From the NCBI GenBank assembly GCA_021613535.1, contig CP075492.1, forward strand, positions 7,626,001-7,690,000: DNA of 64,000 nt. Reading direction: 5' to 3'. A program made the translations under genes and the position numbers. Below the pieces are notes generated by a model. That model saw nothing but the letters and a program-made list of their open reading frames with translations, had not been told where the DNA came from and ran no database searches. Position 1 is the first letter of the stretch. Each line of letters begins with the position of its first letter. Source of the stretch: Adineta vaga. Lineage: Eukaryota > Animalia > Rotifera. Below are positions 27,362 through 40,526 of the stretch, piece after piece.

Positions 27362-29753
27362 TTAAAGGTAAGTATTGCTTCGAGTATTATTGATCGATGG
27401 TTGCTGTAAACTAGGATACATAGATTGCTGAGTAGACGTTGCTTGTTCAGGAATTGCGGATGCACGTTTTTGTAAAAAATTATTGAATGCATCTGTTGTT
27501 CCATTGGCTTGAGGACGAGTTAATTCATTTGTATCATTTTCCTAGTAGAAGAAATATGTTTTTAAAGAATGATATTGAAGATAGATCATACATCGCCTTG
27601 AAATTTTAACCACTCTTCAATTTCTTTCACATCTCGTTCAGGATCCTAAAATTACAAAGTTGGAATTTCTATAGATTTAGCAAAATGAATGCATTACTTG
27701 AGGATTTGTTCCAGAACGAGTAACAACTGATGCTCTAAAAACAAAAGAGTAAGAAATACTGACTGAAGAAAACGAATTCAATTAGCAGCGAGTATTCAAT
27801 CACGAAGAAAACTAAGCTTACGACTGAACATCCATATATTTTCTTGAAGAAAAACTAATAGACTTTTCTTTAATTTTCATTTGATTACTTACGTTGATGG
27901 TTGTTGAGTATTCTTTGGTATAACACTCGATATTGTTGAATTAATATCTAAAGAAATAGTATAGTATAAAGAGCAATATATTTTGAAAAGACGAACTCAT
28001 ATTTTGTAAACCACTTGTTAATGTTATAGGTTCATCATCAAATTGTATCAATGCTGGTTCATTATCTGCATTAGATGCGATTGCTGTTGATGTAGTTGAA
28101 TTTATTGTTCGAGATGAGGCTATTGATTGATTAGATGTTGGCTTATGTGTTGCACCAAAACGTCGATCACGTTCTTGCATATAACTTTCAAAAGTTTTAA
28201 ATGAATTATTGAATTCATCATTATATCGTAGAAGATCAACTAATTATGTAGAAATAAAGGGAAATAATTAGTCTTTTAAGTATAGTTAATTAACTTCCTT
28301 TTACCTGTAATATCATCAGATGATACTTGAGCAAGTAAATGAACAATACGTGCTTGCATTTGTTTGCATGTATTATGTAATTCCTAGAGGAAATCGAATA
28401 TTTAAAATCGATTTGATGAGAAGAGAACATAGGGATTTGGATGTATAATGAATCATTCACGAGAAAGAGGACAAAAGTTCGAACAAAGGCCTTGGAGAAC
28501 GAAAAGTAGATAAATATATTCAATGTATTAGAAAAGAATTTTGACGACGTAACGAAATTTTCATATGAAAATAAATTCTGACTATGCTTATTTAATTTAG
28601 ATTAAGTAACCTTGATTTGTATACATCTCTTTGAAAGAATTATGTATTTTTTTTCTTACCATTAACAGTTCGAAATCTTGTGGATTTTCTTCGCCTGGTT
28701 GTAATGTTACAAGCATTTCACCAAAGACTTGTGCATTTGTTTGTACAACATCTAATTCGCTGCGTAGTTTTCCTAATTGATCAGCTGACATTGTTTGTGA
28801 AGCAGCTGGATTATGACCAATAGGATAAGATGATCCATCAGATGCTGATCGATTCTAATCAAACAAAAGAACTTTGTCATTCGATTTTCATCGATTTCTC
28901 TTACATCTCGAGTCATTACTGTTGAACCTGGTTGAGACTGAAACAAAAACACAAGAGTGTCAAATAAGATATTTCAATAAATCTTACCGGTGATCGTGAA
29001 TATTGTGAAGGTCGTTCAATGGTTCCCTGAATATTCAAAAATAAAATCACTCATTCCTTTTCGAAGAATCCTATTTACTGTGGCTGGTACAGCTGCTTTA
29101 ATAATATTCTCTGGCTCCGCTGGTGGAAATGCTAAACCTTGTTGTTTACAATCTTGATAAAAATGATCAACAGATTTCAAATCAGGATCTTGATGAAAAG
29201 CTAATGCCCAAGTCTACAAAACGGAAATTTGTTTTCTATTGAAAATAGAATTGAATTTCTTATGCTTACTTGAATCATGCCAAGAACTCTTTCTTGTACT
29301 GAAAGAGGTGGATTGTTTTTCGGTCCAATAACTCCCTTCAATTCTTTAAGAAAATCTTTATGAGCAATTTGTAAATGAAAGATTTTGCCACAATTTTTTG
29401 TTAATGCCTCTAATAGCTAAACATAGAAAAGACAACTCATTAGAATTATTAATCTCTAGATCAACAGACGGTCAGAGTTAATCCAATAGTTCGCCAACCA
29501 TGCGTTGTTGGATTGATTTGTAAACGTTTTCGAATAGTTTTCATTGCTTCTTTGGGACTACAGAGAAAATGAAGATGAGAAAAGAAAAGAGAAGTTTTTA
29601 TTGTTCGTCAAACCTTTCTTCATGACTGCTAACATGATCACAAATTTTCATAATTAAACTCCAATCTTCACTTGATTGATTTCCATCCGTTGCTTTTTCA
29701 ATTGCTAGTTGAAGACTACTTGGTTGTGCATTGCCACGAAATAAATTCGTCAT
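27362..29753 (-). CDS. TOM1: TOM1-family VHS-GAT endosomal adaptor, multi-exon
   Basis: VHS IEKATDG....EDWSLIMKICD, VQERVLGMIQ.WA; GAT QLGKLRSELDVV...LLRYNDEFNN; C-terminal TTDAFNNFLQKRA. Confidence 0.9.
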
Positions 29754-30943
29754 GTTGAAATCTAGTTAATCAAATGAATTTACGTATCAAATAGTTTCAA
29801 ATGTATAAACAAGATCCCACGAGTTGTGTGTGTAGGCGATAAATAAGAACGACGAAAAAGAAAAAGGGAAAAATAAAGATCAACTATTGATGAAATGATA
29901 TAAGGAGAGAGGAAGCCAGTAATGGTTATTATTACCTTTGAAAGAAGAAGAAGTAAAATTGAAGGAACAGATGTTATAAGAAATAAAGAAGTCTATTATT
30001 ATTGAATCAGGAGGAAGAATTCGCAGCTGTTTTCGTATTGGTCAATTTGATCAGACCAATTAAATTATGAAATTGACGACGCTAGTTCTGTATCGCAAGA
30101 AGAAGAACAATATATGATGTCAATGAGTTATTGTTTGAAGAGAAAATCTTTTTTTTTCAATTAAGATTAGTTAAAGTTCATTTATTATGGTTGTGTAAGT
30201 AAAAACATATGGTATAAATTACTTATGTGACAAACGTTTAGAAAAAGAATGTCTATCGTTATATAACTACAATGTAAATTTGACATTTGAATTTAAATTG
30301 ATTCGCAAATATTTTATTTTCTTGATAACTGTAAAGAGCAATTTGATTGTGTCGTTATATTGTTTAAATCGATGATAAAGAAATACCTATTTTGATCGTT
30401 AGACATAGAAAACTTATTGATTATTTTGTCTTATAATGTTATTATTACAAAATAAAAGAATCAAAACTAGTTCGAAACTGAAAGTTTATCATGATCATCT
30501 AATATATTATTATTATTATTCAAATAAATAGAACAAAGTATTTAGTACGCAACCATACTAACAATTTTATCTTTGTGTATTAAAGGTATGTGTTCATTAA
30601 TAATGCACAGGAGAATGAAAAATGAAAGAAAATGGTAACAAAAAAAGACACGATTTAAGACATATGAATAAGAGGAGCAAACACTTTTTTTTTCATTATC
30701 GGTGAGTTTATCTTTGAAAAGAACTCTACATGATTGAACATGCCGATGAATTGAATGGGCTGACAGCTCCTCTAAAAACAAAAAGTAGAAAATCATAAAA
30801 GTGATAACTGATAAGCTTCGTATTTTATTTTTCATTCAAAGCAAAAAATCAAAGCAAATGCATTCAATACAATAGACAGCCTTGTTGGCAAGAGCAGCCT
30901 TGAGTTTTAGTATTAAATAATACCTCCTCTTTACAAATGCTTA

Positions 30944-33900
30944 TTATCTAATTGAACGATATGGAGATAATCCAACCGATCCTGTATTTGAACCAGTATA
31001 AGATCCTTGACTATAAGGAAAGCCTACGGAATTTTGGCGACTATAATTTGGACCAGTCGACAATGGCTGTGCATATGTCGAGGCTGGTCCGGATGGAAAA
31101 GAATTTCTATTCGATCCAGCACTCGAATATGCATTTCCTGGTACATATGGACCACGCTGAGCTCCTGGTGCAGCGGATATGACAGGTGGGGACGGAATAC
31201 GACCAATACGTTGTTGCTGTTGTTGTAAATTTTTCGCTATTAGAGCACGTTGTTGCTGTATATGTTGTCGAATATCATTGAAATTACGAAGATTTGAATT
31301 GGCACCTGCCTGTACGAAGGAACCTGATCTTATACCTGATGTTTGTGACGGCTGAAATGGGATTAATAATCCTCCTGGTGTGAGAGGTACGATTGGCAAG
31401 GATGACGAGCGTTCTATGTTACCACCTAATATGAAGCTATAAATATCAAAGTTTTTGTTTTTCGTTTCGATAGTGAGTCTTTCATTTCAGGATTAGATAA
31501 AGCATTATTTTTCTCATTGACGCAAAATATCATGGAGCGATCGTATACGAAAACAAAAGAATAATTACTTTGCATTCGAGGCAATTGGTGATGTAACTGT
31601 TGGTTGCATGAGTTGAATGGCACCACCGCCGCTAACTGGTTGTGCTGCTGGAAGAGGTACGCCAGTTCGACCAGCAACTGTCTATCGTCATACAAAGAAA
31701 AAATGATTCGTTTGTTCAATATAATCATTGTGTAACTTACTTGTAGGAGAGCATGTCGAAACATATTTGGTCCTTGCGATTGACCTCCTGCAAGAGTTGA
31801 TGCAATACGTGCTGGTGCATATGATGGTTGACTCAATGATACGACAGGTGAATTGGCAATGGCCAATTGTTGATTTTGAATTGGTACCATAACTGGATCA
31901 TATGGACGTTGATAGAGAATTTGTGGTGAAGCTAAATAAAAAAGAGAGGGGGGAGGGACATGTTTTTTTAAACTCTGACATGACCTTATCCGTTTTACAT
32001 ACTGTTAAATTAATAGGAAAATAAATGAATTTAGATTAGTAATCTAAATAAAACCATCACCGAAAAGGACAAATTATTTAGAAAATTACCTGCAACAGTC
32101 TGTGCTGGTACTAGAAAAGAATATCATTCAATATTGTAGATGTAAATAAAAGAATAAACGTTAACAAATCTACCTTGAATCGTTTGAAGAACGGATGGAT
32201 TTTGAATCACTTGCGGTTGTATTGTTTGAATTATTTGCGGTGTCGCTGAAGCAATTTGTAAATATTGTCCAGTCTGTGCTTGTTGATTCGGAATGAATTG
32301 TAATTGTTGTGGTTGTTGAATAAGTTGTAACGGTTGAGGTTGTTGAATAACTTGTAACGGTTGCGGTTGTTGAATGATTTGTAACGGCTGGTGTTGTGGT
32401 TGTTGTTGAATAAGAACACTTGTCGCGCGTTGAAGAGATGTCTGCGGCATACTAATAATTGATTGGGAAGATTGTGCTGTTGCTAGTGGATTAAAAACTG
32501 GTATTTGATTGATGATTGTTGGTTGCATAGTAGATGAAGAATTGTCGACACAAACAAATTGTTGTTGTTGATGTTGTTGATGTTGTTGTGGTGTAACTAC
32601 TTGTTGAATGATATTATTATTATTAGATGCACACATATAATCCTGTTGATTGGAATCCGTACAATAGACTATTTGTGATGATTGTTGTTGTTGTTGTTGT
32701 TGAGGAAGACAAAAGAATGGATCCGCTGTTTGTTGTATGACCTGAAACGATAAGTTGCGAATTAAATATGAACAATAAAGAAAATATCATTTGATTTAAG
32801 CAAAGCGTCAATAATAGAAAAGGCTTTCTTGCAAAAATAGCGAAGTTAGCGATTTGCCTACACAAGGATCTGAAACACAACGGACTGCTGTTAATGGAGG
32901 ACAGCAATCTTCTTCAATATAGATTCGTTCAATTTCTTGTATATAATTCACATTCGAACATATGGATACCGATGGTTGGGAACAGATATATGGTGGATAA
33001 CTATTTACTTGAGTTTCATTTACTGGTGCTATTCGCTGTGAAACTAATTTGTTTACAACTGGTTGTAAAGGAATAGGTTGTTTGCCTATATTCTATAGAA
33101 TTTTTGATTATAATAAGATTTTTGTCATGTAAAATTCAATGTATAAGAAGGTAAAAATGTACTTACTCCATCTTGATCTTGATTATAGAATATATCTTGT
33201 GATAATCCATCCGATATGACTGATTGATGTTGTTGTGGTTGCGAAAAATTAGCATCACGATAGACAACCATCGGTGCCTGTTGATCATCGGCTACGGCTG
33301 TTTCTGTTCCATATGGAACACTAGCAAAAGTATTTGGATCAACGGAATAGCCATCACCATTTGCTACTTCACGATAGACAATCATTGGTTGTTGTTGTTG
33401 TTGTTGTTGTTGTTGGTCTTGATCAAGATATTGAGAATTCGCTAGCATCAATTTTGATGTTGATAATGATGATGGATGTTGTCGATTTCGTATTGATTCA
33501 GCACTTTTAGCACGATGTCGTCTACTATGGTGACGATGATGGTGATGTTTTTCGCCATGATGATGATGATGATGCTTATGTTTATGTGGTCGTTTCGATG
33601 TTGATGATCCACTTTCAAATATTGATGTATTTTTTGCCGGCTTTTCAATTGGCCAAATTTTTGTTTGTACATTTGATGGTGGTACCATAACATTTGGTGC
33701 CTACCAATGATAAAGAAATATTATCATGATAAATTATTGAACAACAATAGATTCATCAAAGCAAAACAAGAAAGCTTACAGCAAAATAACTTGCTTGTGA
33801 ATTTTGTATAAGCGTTGGTTGAATAGCTCGACCATCAAATTTTGTCTGTTAGAAGCAAAAGCACATGCGTTCGCAGATATACATACGTGAGAAAGTTTTA

Positions 33901-34139
33901 CTTACTGTTGGTGGTGGCGGAGCATCCACATTAATATACATATGAGGAATAGCTTCAACTCTTTCGAAATTTTTCACTAATATTAAATGAAGTATTTCAA
34001 TGCAATATATTTGAATAAGCAATGATTACTTACGTTGGTCTTGTTCATTGCCACTGACTGTTGATAATCTCATCATTGCTGATAAATCCGGATTGATTGA
34101 AAGTTGATTGGAAGCCCATGAAGTATATTTTCGTGACAT
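30944..34139 (-). CDS. Multi-exon Q/P/H-rich low-complexity protein of unknown function
   Basis: Consecutive minus-strand open segments linked by short GT-AG introns, from MSRKYTSWASNQ to GLSPYRSIR*; His-rich tract and poly-Q. Exact exon structure is uncertain. Confidence 0.6.
32300..32410 (-). repeat. Coding 27-nt tandem repeat (QQPQPLQ[I/V/L]I x3-4)
   Basis: Repeated ttgtaacgg(t/c)tg..gttgttgaat units on the + strand. Confidence 0.7.
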
Positions 34140-35362
34140 ATTTCGACTGTTTTAGTTCTTTATTACAATAATTAGAAACAAAAGTTCATTGGCGATACAG
34201 ATTCACCGTCAAATAAAAGATATCCTCTTTAATTATCTAAAAAATAAATACAACAGTCTGTGACGAAGGTTATATCCAAGTATATGCAGTACTGATAAGA
34301 AAAAATGTAATACAAGCAATGGCGTGAACAACAAACCGTTTCTATACATATACACAAAAAATCGACGTTGATCAAGGCTGATGAAACGAATAAATATCTA
34401 TACGTTTTTTTCATACGTGTATATATATATATAGATAGATAGATGTATAGATGAGAAATATTGCCTTGTATATCATTGATACCAAACTATCAGTAATTTA
34501 ACGACTGACATTGACGAAAATGTATGCATAGTCTTCATATCAAAGCGTCAATATGAAAAGAAAAGCATCTATGTCGACTTGATCGTTGTCGTGGTCATCA
34601 CTTGTAGTTTACCATTGATTTGAGTATTTTCATTCATTGATCAACTTTATATATGATTGAACATATAATGAACGTTGATATGATATTTATCTTGCGTATT
34701 GAGACATCGTTAACTTACGTGTTGATGTATACAACCTATGTACTATCGACAAGACGGAGGAAATGTTTTAGCTCCTCCTTTTCCCCTCCTCCTCCTCGTT
34801 TTTTTCTCTTGTTCTTGTTCTTCTTCTTTTTTCGTATTTTTCATCGATGAGCAACCAAGTCATATGAACAATCAAACAGAAGAGAAAAATATGTACGAGA
34901 CCGAAATCGAATGACGAAAATAAACTTTTTTTTTCTTTCTTTCCATACTCAATATAAATTATGAAGACTACGTAAGAGCGTTCATCCGATAAAACTACGG
35001 TGACCTATCGTCTGTTCTCCTTTGGTGCATCGATCAAATATTGTTGTATTTGTCATATAGACATCGAAGAAGAAAATAAAACGTTCAAAAACAAAAAAAA
35101 ATATGCATTTATACTTAAATAAATATTCAACTGATGTGAACAAATCTAACAAGATTATTTGATTTCATCTATTTCTTCGGAAATGTATTCGTTAATTAGA
35201 ATATAGGCGATTAGTTCGTTTAGTTTTTCTTGCTTCTTCTTCTATACATCTTTGTTGACTTTCAGAAGTATTAGTAAAAGAAGAAAAGGGAAATGAATGT
35301 AAAGGAAAACAAAACATGTTTATTAGTCAATTATTATCAGATGTTGACCCTAGTAAAAAATA

Positions 35363-36481
35363 ATGGCTCTTTTTCCACAAACTAGTTCATATGGTAAAAT
35401 GAATCGTTCAGTATCAGTCGAAGAAAGCATTACATTCATCATACAACTAACAAATAGTATTTTTCCATTATTAATTTTACCTGTAGCAACAATTGGTAAT
35501 TCTCTTTGTTTTCTTGTATTTTGTCGACCAAAATTTCAAAAACGTCTAACACGTACATCATCCATATGTATCCGTTTATTATGTATCAATGATTCGATTC
35601 TTTTGTATTTGTTTATTATTGATATCTTTTTGAAAGTATATATCAAACCATCTGTACGAATCTATTCAACACCAACAGGATGTCGATTGTATAAATGTAT
35701 ACGTTATTCAATCTTGGATTTTTCTGCGTATTTACAATTAGGTTTAACAACTGATCGTTTCATTTGTTGTGTTTATCATACATATTATACACGTTGGCGT
35801 AAACGAAATTATTTATTTTATCTTCTAGCATTTGCATTCGTATGTATATTTGCAAAAAATTCCTCTTTTCTATCATCATCCTATGGTTATTATTCCATCA
35901 ATAGTATAAATCGTACAACAGTTAGATGTTCAGTAAAAATTAAAGCAATCTATTTTACAATGTATATGGCATATGGACAATCTTTGATTGATATGGTTTT
36001 CGTTACATGTTTACCATTCTTTCTCATTCTATATTTTAATTCACGAATTTTAAGACAAGTTGTACGTTTACGTACAGAATGTTGGAATACATTTACACGA
36101 ATAATGCATATTGCACCAATACGCTCAGAAAGTTCATTTTCAATATCAACGAATATTCCAAAATTTTCAACAACAAATACAACACTTATTATAACAACAC
36201 ATCGTGCAAGACATCGACGTTTACATTTAACATTTGCGCTTGGATGTATATCATTTATATTTATATTTAGTACTGCACCGTATAAAATATTTAAAATTGT
36301 TGAAAGACATGATAAAGTTGTTCGTGATCAATATAAATATGGTGCCATTAAATCTATACATATACGATTTGCGGAAATGATTATTGATTGTTTTGTTTAT
36401 TTGTCATGTTCAACACCATTTTTTGTTTGTTTTGCTACATCAAGTATTTTTCGAGATGAATTACGAAAAGTTTTTCAGTAA
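35363..36481 (+). CDS. Class A peptide-receptor-like GPCR, intronless
   Basis: TIGNSL, L...D in TM2, GCRL, LTTDRF, LPF..IL..N..I, PFFVCFATSSIFRDEL. Confidence 0.85.
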   Translation: MALFPQTSSYGKMNRSVSVEESITFIIQLTNSIFPLLILPVATIGNSLCFLVFCRPKFQKRLTRTSSICIRLLCINDSILLYLFIIDIFLKVYIKPSVRIYSTPTGCRLYKCIRYSILDFSAYLQLGLTTDRFICCVYHTYYTRWRKRNYLFYLLAFAFVCIFAKNSSFLSSSYGYYSINSINRTTVRCSVKIKAIYFTMYMAYGQSLIDMVFVTCLPFFLILYFNSRILRQVVRLRTECWNTFTRIMHIAPIRSESSFSISTNIPKFSTTNTTLIITTHRARHRRLHLTFALGCISFIFIFSTAPYKIFKIVERHDKVVRDQYKYGAIKSIHIRFAEMIIDCFVYLSCSTPFFVCFATSSIFRDELRKVFQ

Positions 36482-36826
36482 TAATAAATATTTACAACGT
36501 TGTATGTATACATCTTATTCAATTGTTTTGTTGTTACATTTACATCTAGCTTCGTTGATCTTTCTATGTTTATGACTTTTTTTTTGATATACCAGATAGA
36601 TAATGTTCTCAGAATAATCACATATGGAATTACTTTAGTTCTTCTGTTTATTTTTGTTAATTTTCAACGCATGAACTGATGATGGCGAAATCATAGTAGT
36701 TTGTTTGCGTTCTATTCCTTCTCTTTATTATAGTTTTGTAACAAGGAAAATGTAAAGTCAACATTGCAAAAATTATTGGAAGAACAGAAAAACGTGGTGT
36801 ATTGTTATTTTTCGAAGGCGAATAAA

Positions 36827-38543
36827 ATGTTGACATCACTTCATACATTACCCGTTGAATTAATTTATCAAATTCTTGATCATCTTGATCCAATTGCCAT
36901 TCTTCTTTCGTGTCGTAATGTTTGTACAAGACTCAATACAATTACGGACAATTATCAACGATATCAAGTAAGAAAATCAGATTTTGTTTTTCACTTAGGT
37001 ATGTTATGATTATTCATAGACGTTAACAACATTGAATTTATCCTACAAACGAATAGGAAATCAAGGAGCACAACGAATTGCTACTGTATTACAACAAAAT
37101 AAAGTAGACCTCCTTACATTATTTTGTTTCTTGTTCATGTATCGTTTGCAGACTGTGATCGCACTTTATCTTCAAGGCAATGAAATTGGTGTACAAGGAA
37201 TACAGGATTTAACTAATAGTTTGAAACAAAATACAGTGAGAAAATATTGTATATTCATTCTCTACTTTTCGAACTATTCCTAGTAGACGTTAACCACATT
37301 AAATCTTGAAAACAATGGAATGGGTCTTCAAGCAGCAAATTATTTAGGAAATATTTTGCAAATAAATAAAGTAATCATAAGATTTAAAATGCTTTTTATT
37401 TCATTTACTCATTCTTTGAAGACAATTAGTACACTGTATCTCAATAATAATAAAATTGGTGACGAAGGAGTACAATATGTTGCCAATGCTTTACAACAGA
37501 ATAAAGTAATTCTATCTATTGTATAGTTGAATTATCAACTTTATATTTATATAGACATTGACGACACTAAATTTGCAAAACAATGGAATTGGTGATTCAG
37601 GAATGCAATATTTAGCTAATGCTTTACAACAAAATCAAGTATCATGAAAAAATAACTTTTAATTGATCTGAATAATATTTTTAATGTTAGACACTAATTA
37701 GACTGTATCTTGAAAACAATCGAATTGGACATTTGGGAGCACAGTATCTTGCTAATGCTTTGAAAAAGAATAAGGTATCTTGATTGACAATACTTTTTTA
37801 TGATAAAATTATTTATAGACATTGACTGCACTTTATCTCAGTAATAATAAAATTGAACAACAAGGAACACACTATTTAACACAGGGTTTACAAGAGAATG
37901 AAGTAAAAAACATTTTTTCAAAAACAAAGTTCTCAGTTCCATCTTCTTAGGCGGTTATTACATTGGATCTTCAACGTAATCAAATCAGTGATCAAGGTGC
38001 ACGTTATCTGGCGAAATTTTTAGAAGGAAACAAAGTAACACAATATGTCTCACTATTAGTTTTCTGTTCATTCTGTTCATATCTTTGGTAGATACTCAAT
38101 GCACTCTATCTTCAAGATAATCAAATCGGTGCTGTAGGAGCACAATATCTCGCTGATGCTCTGCGACAAAATCAAACACTTACGATTTTAGGAGTTCAGA
38201 ATAATCGAATTGGTGATTCTGGAGTTGACTACTTCGCTGATGCTTTAAAACGAAATAAAGTAACATTTTCTATATTCTTCTTTCTTCTATTTAGAAAAGA
38301 GTGTTTTTTTTTGTTCTAGACGCTGATCACTCTATATCTTCAGAATAACGATATCAGTGATCGCGGAGGACATTATTTAACATATGGTCTTCAGAAAAAT
38401 AATGTAAAATAATTTAGAATTTTTTCTTTCTTCTCTATAAGCATTCATTCTAGACATTGACTACCTTAGATGTAGGAAATAATCGAATCAAAAGTGACAC
38501 ACAACAACTTATTCGGACGCTTTTAGAAAAGTACCTACAATAA
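36827..38543 (+). CDS. F-box + RI-like (NLRC3-type) LRR protein, 12 exons, 12 LRRs
   Basis: F-box exon 36827-36967 (LHTLPVELIYQILDHL...RNVCTRLN). LRR exons 37020-37103, 37152-37235, 37287-37370, 37422-37505, 37555-37638, 37691-37774, 37819-37902, 37951-38034, 38092-38259, 38320-38403 and 38454-38543. All introns are phase-0 GT-AG; consensus TLTTLxLxxNxIGxxGAQYLANALxxNK. Confidence 0.93.
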
Positions 38544-38695
38544 ACTTGTTTTTTTTTAATCTATTGGTATTTAAAAGAATGCTATTAAAGATTATTTTTC
38601 ATGGGATATAAAAAAAAGAAACCTTTTCCCATTCTAATCAATACTCAGATATTTATATATCATCTCAAATCATTTCGAAATCTATTCGATTAACA

Positions 38696-40456
38696 ATGTA
38701 TCGATTTATTGTAACTCTAGTCTTGTTCGTTGGCCTTTACTATCATATTCAAGGTAATGCATCTCAATACCTTTTTAATCTCACTTTCTGAAGTTTTCAT
38801 ATGAACGATTAGCTGATGATGAACAGCTCTACAGCTGTACAATATGGGGTGATCCTCATGTAACACGATTTGCTGAATTATGCAATCTCTTTCACCTTGT
38901 TTTAATAATGTTTCCTATAGATTTCCTTTGAATCGTACGGAACAACCTGGGGAATCATGGTGTCGAGAAACTGATATAATAACACTTCTTCAAAACAAAT
39001 ACATTCATGCTAGTGCATGGATCTCTGAACATTCTTATATTGTAACAGAAGTATGATTATATCTTTCAATAGATCTTTGATTTATCGATATGTAAATGTA
39101 GTTTAATCTTGCTTTTTTCAATGATCAAAACAAGCAATTATGTGTTATTAACGAGCATCAATTTACGTCAGCACCAACACAATGTGGAGAAGGTAAACTT
39201 TTTAAATGTTTATTTTTCGCATGTTCTTAATTCATTCTATAGATATAATAATAACTAAACATCGTTGTTCCATTTCCATTGAGTATAGAACAAAGAATAT
39301 TATTGTTCATATAGGAAGAACGGTCAGTAAATTGATTCTTTGAATACTAATCAAAATATGTTTGTTTTTTCATACGTTAATATTCTAGGCTTCGTCCAGT
39401 GGTAAGCATGATCATTTCTATACGATATGGGTCTGGCAAAATTTATGTTTAATTAAAATGTCTGATGGTTTATGTAAAACATCATGCCAACCAAAAAATT
39501 GTGGTACTACGAAATATGAAGCAAAAATATCAAAACCATCTGCTAAAAAGATTTGTCAAATTTATACTTCAAAAATTGCTGGTAACTTACGTGCAAGTTC
39601 CGAAGATAGCGGTATATTATCACGAATTAATAATAGCATACAAAATGCATACAATGCATGCATTATAGATCTAGAAATCACTGGTAATCTTGAGGTAAAA
39701 TGAAAAGAAATGAAAAGAGATACTATGAAGTTTACATATTATAGTTTGGTAAAGCAGGTGTTGAAATGTTAGTTGTGAATTCAATGACGATAAACATATC
39801 ATCGACGAATAGTTTTGTATCAATTTTAAATCAAGCAAAAACTATTGCTAAACAAGCAATTATGCGATCAAATTTGGAAATTAAACGAATCATGAATTCA
39901 ACATCGCTATTAGGTACGATTGAAATAATGACGAAAAATAAATTGCTTAGATCATGCGAACTATTTTTATTCTATGATAGATTCTCCATTGATTAAATCT
40001 GGTCAGAAATTTGGTGGAAATGATGGGACATTTTTTCAAGATTTCTCAAGTCCAAATTATCTTCGTGGAATTATCAATTATCTTGGAAAAAATCATATAG
40101 AAGCTATTCAATTTTTATATTCGAATCCCAGTTATCCAGACAAAGTTCATGAAACTGCCATTCATGGAGATACAGTTGGTGCTGAGAGAAAAGAAGAATT
40201 TTATCTTGAAAAAGATGAAAAGATCAATAAAATTCAGGTGACATATGTAGATGATGTAGCAGAAGAACCATGGTTACAAGATATACGATTCTTTACAACT
40301 CACGGTCGATCAAGCTCATCTATCAGTACAGTCGATAGAACATTATTTACAGAAGAATTTGATGGATATACTGTCGGTTACGTAAGTGGAATGGCAGGTG
40401 GATGGGTTAACCAAATACAATTCTATTGGTATAAAGAAGACTCAAAACTGCAATAA
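38696..40456 (+). CDS. Secreted GDPH-containing vWD/RGM-like protein fused to a C-terminal jacalin-like lectin domain (one intron donor non-canonical)
   Basis: Signal peptide MYRFIVTLVLFVGLYYHIQA; CTIWGDPHVTRF; SDGLC; AYNACIIDLEITGN; jacalin motifs FGGNDGTFFQD, IEAIQFLY, HG, E.INKIQV, IRFFTTHGR, GYVSGMAGGWVNQIQFYW. Confidence 0.7.
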
Positions 40457-40526
40457 AGAATAGGTTACTGATTTGATTTTTGAATCCACAGTAGTGCTTT
40501 TCTATTACATAAATAAATTTCAACTT

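Noticed and set aside
37020-38543. Regular repeat-spacer periodicity resembling a CRISPR array
   Set aside because: The repeats are protein-coding 84-nt LRR exons and the spacers are GT-AG introns. No cas genes; eukaryotic context.
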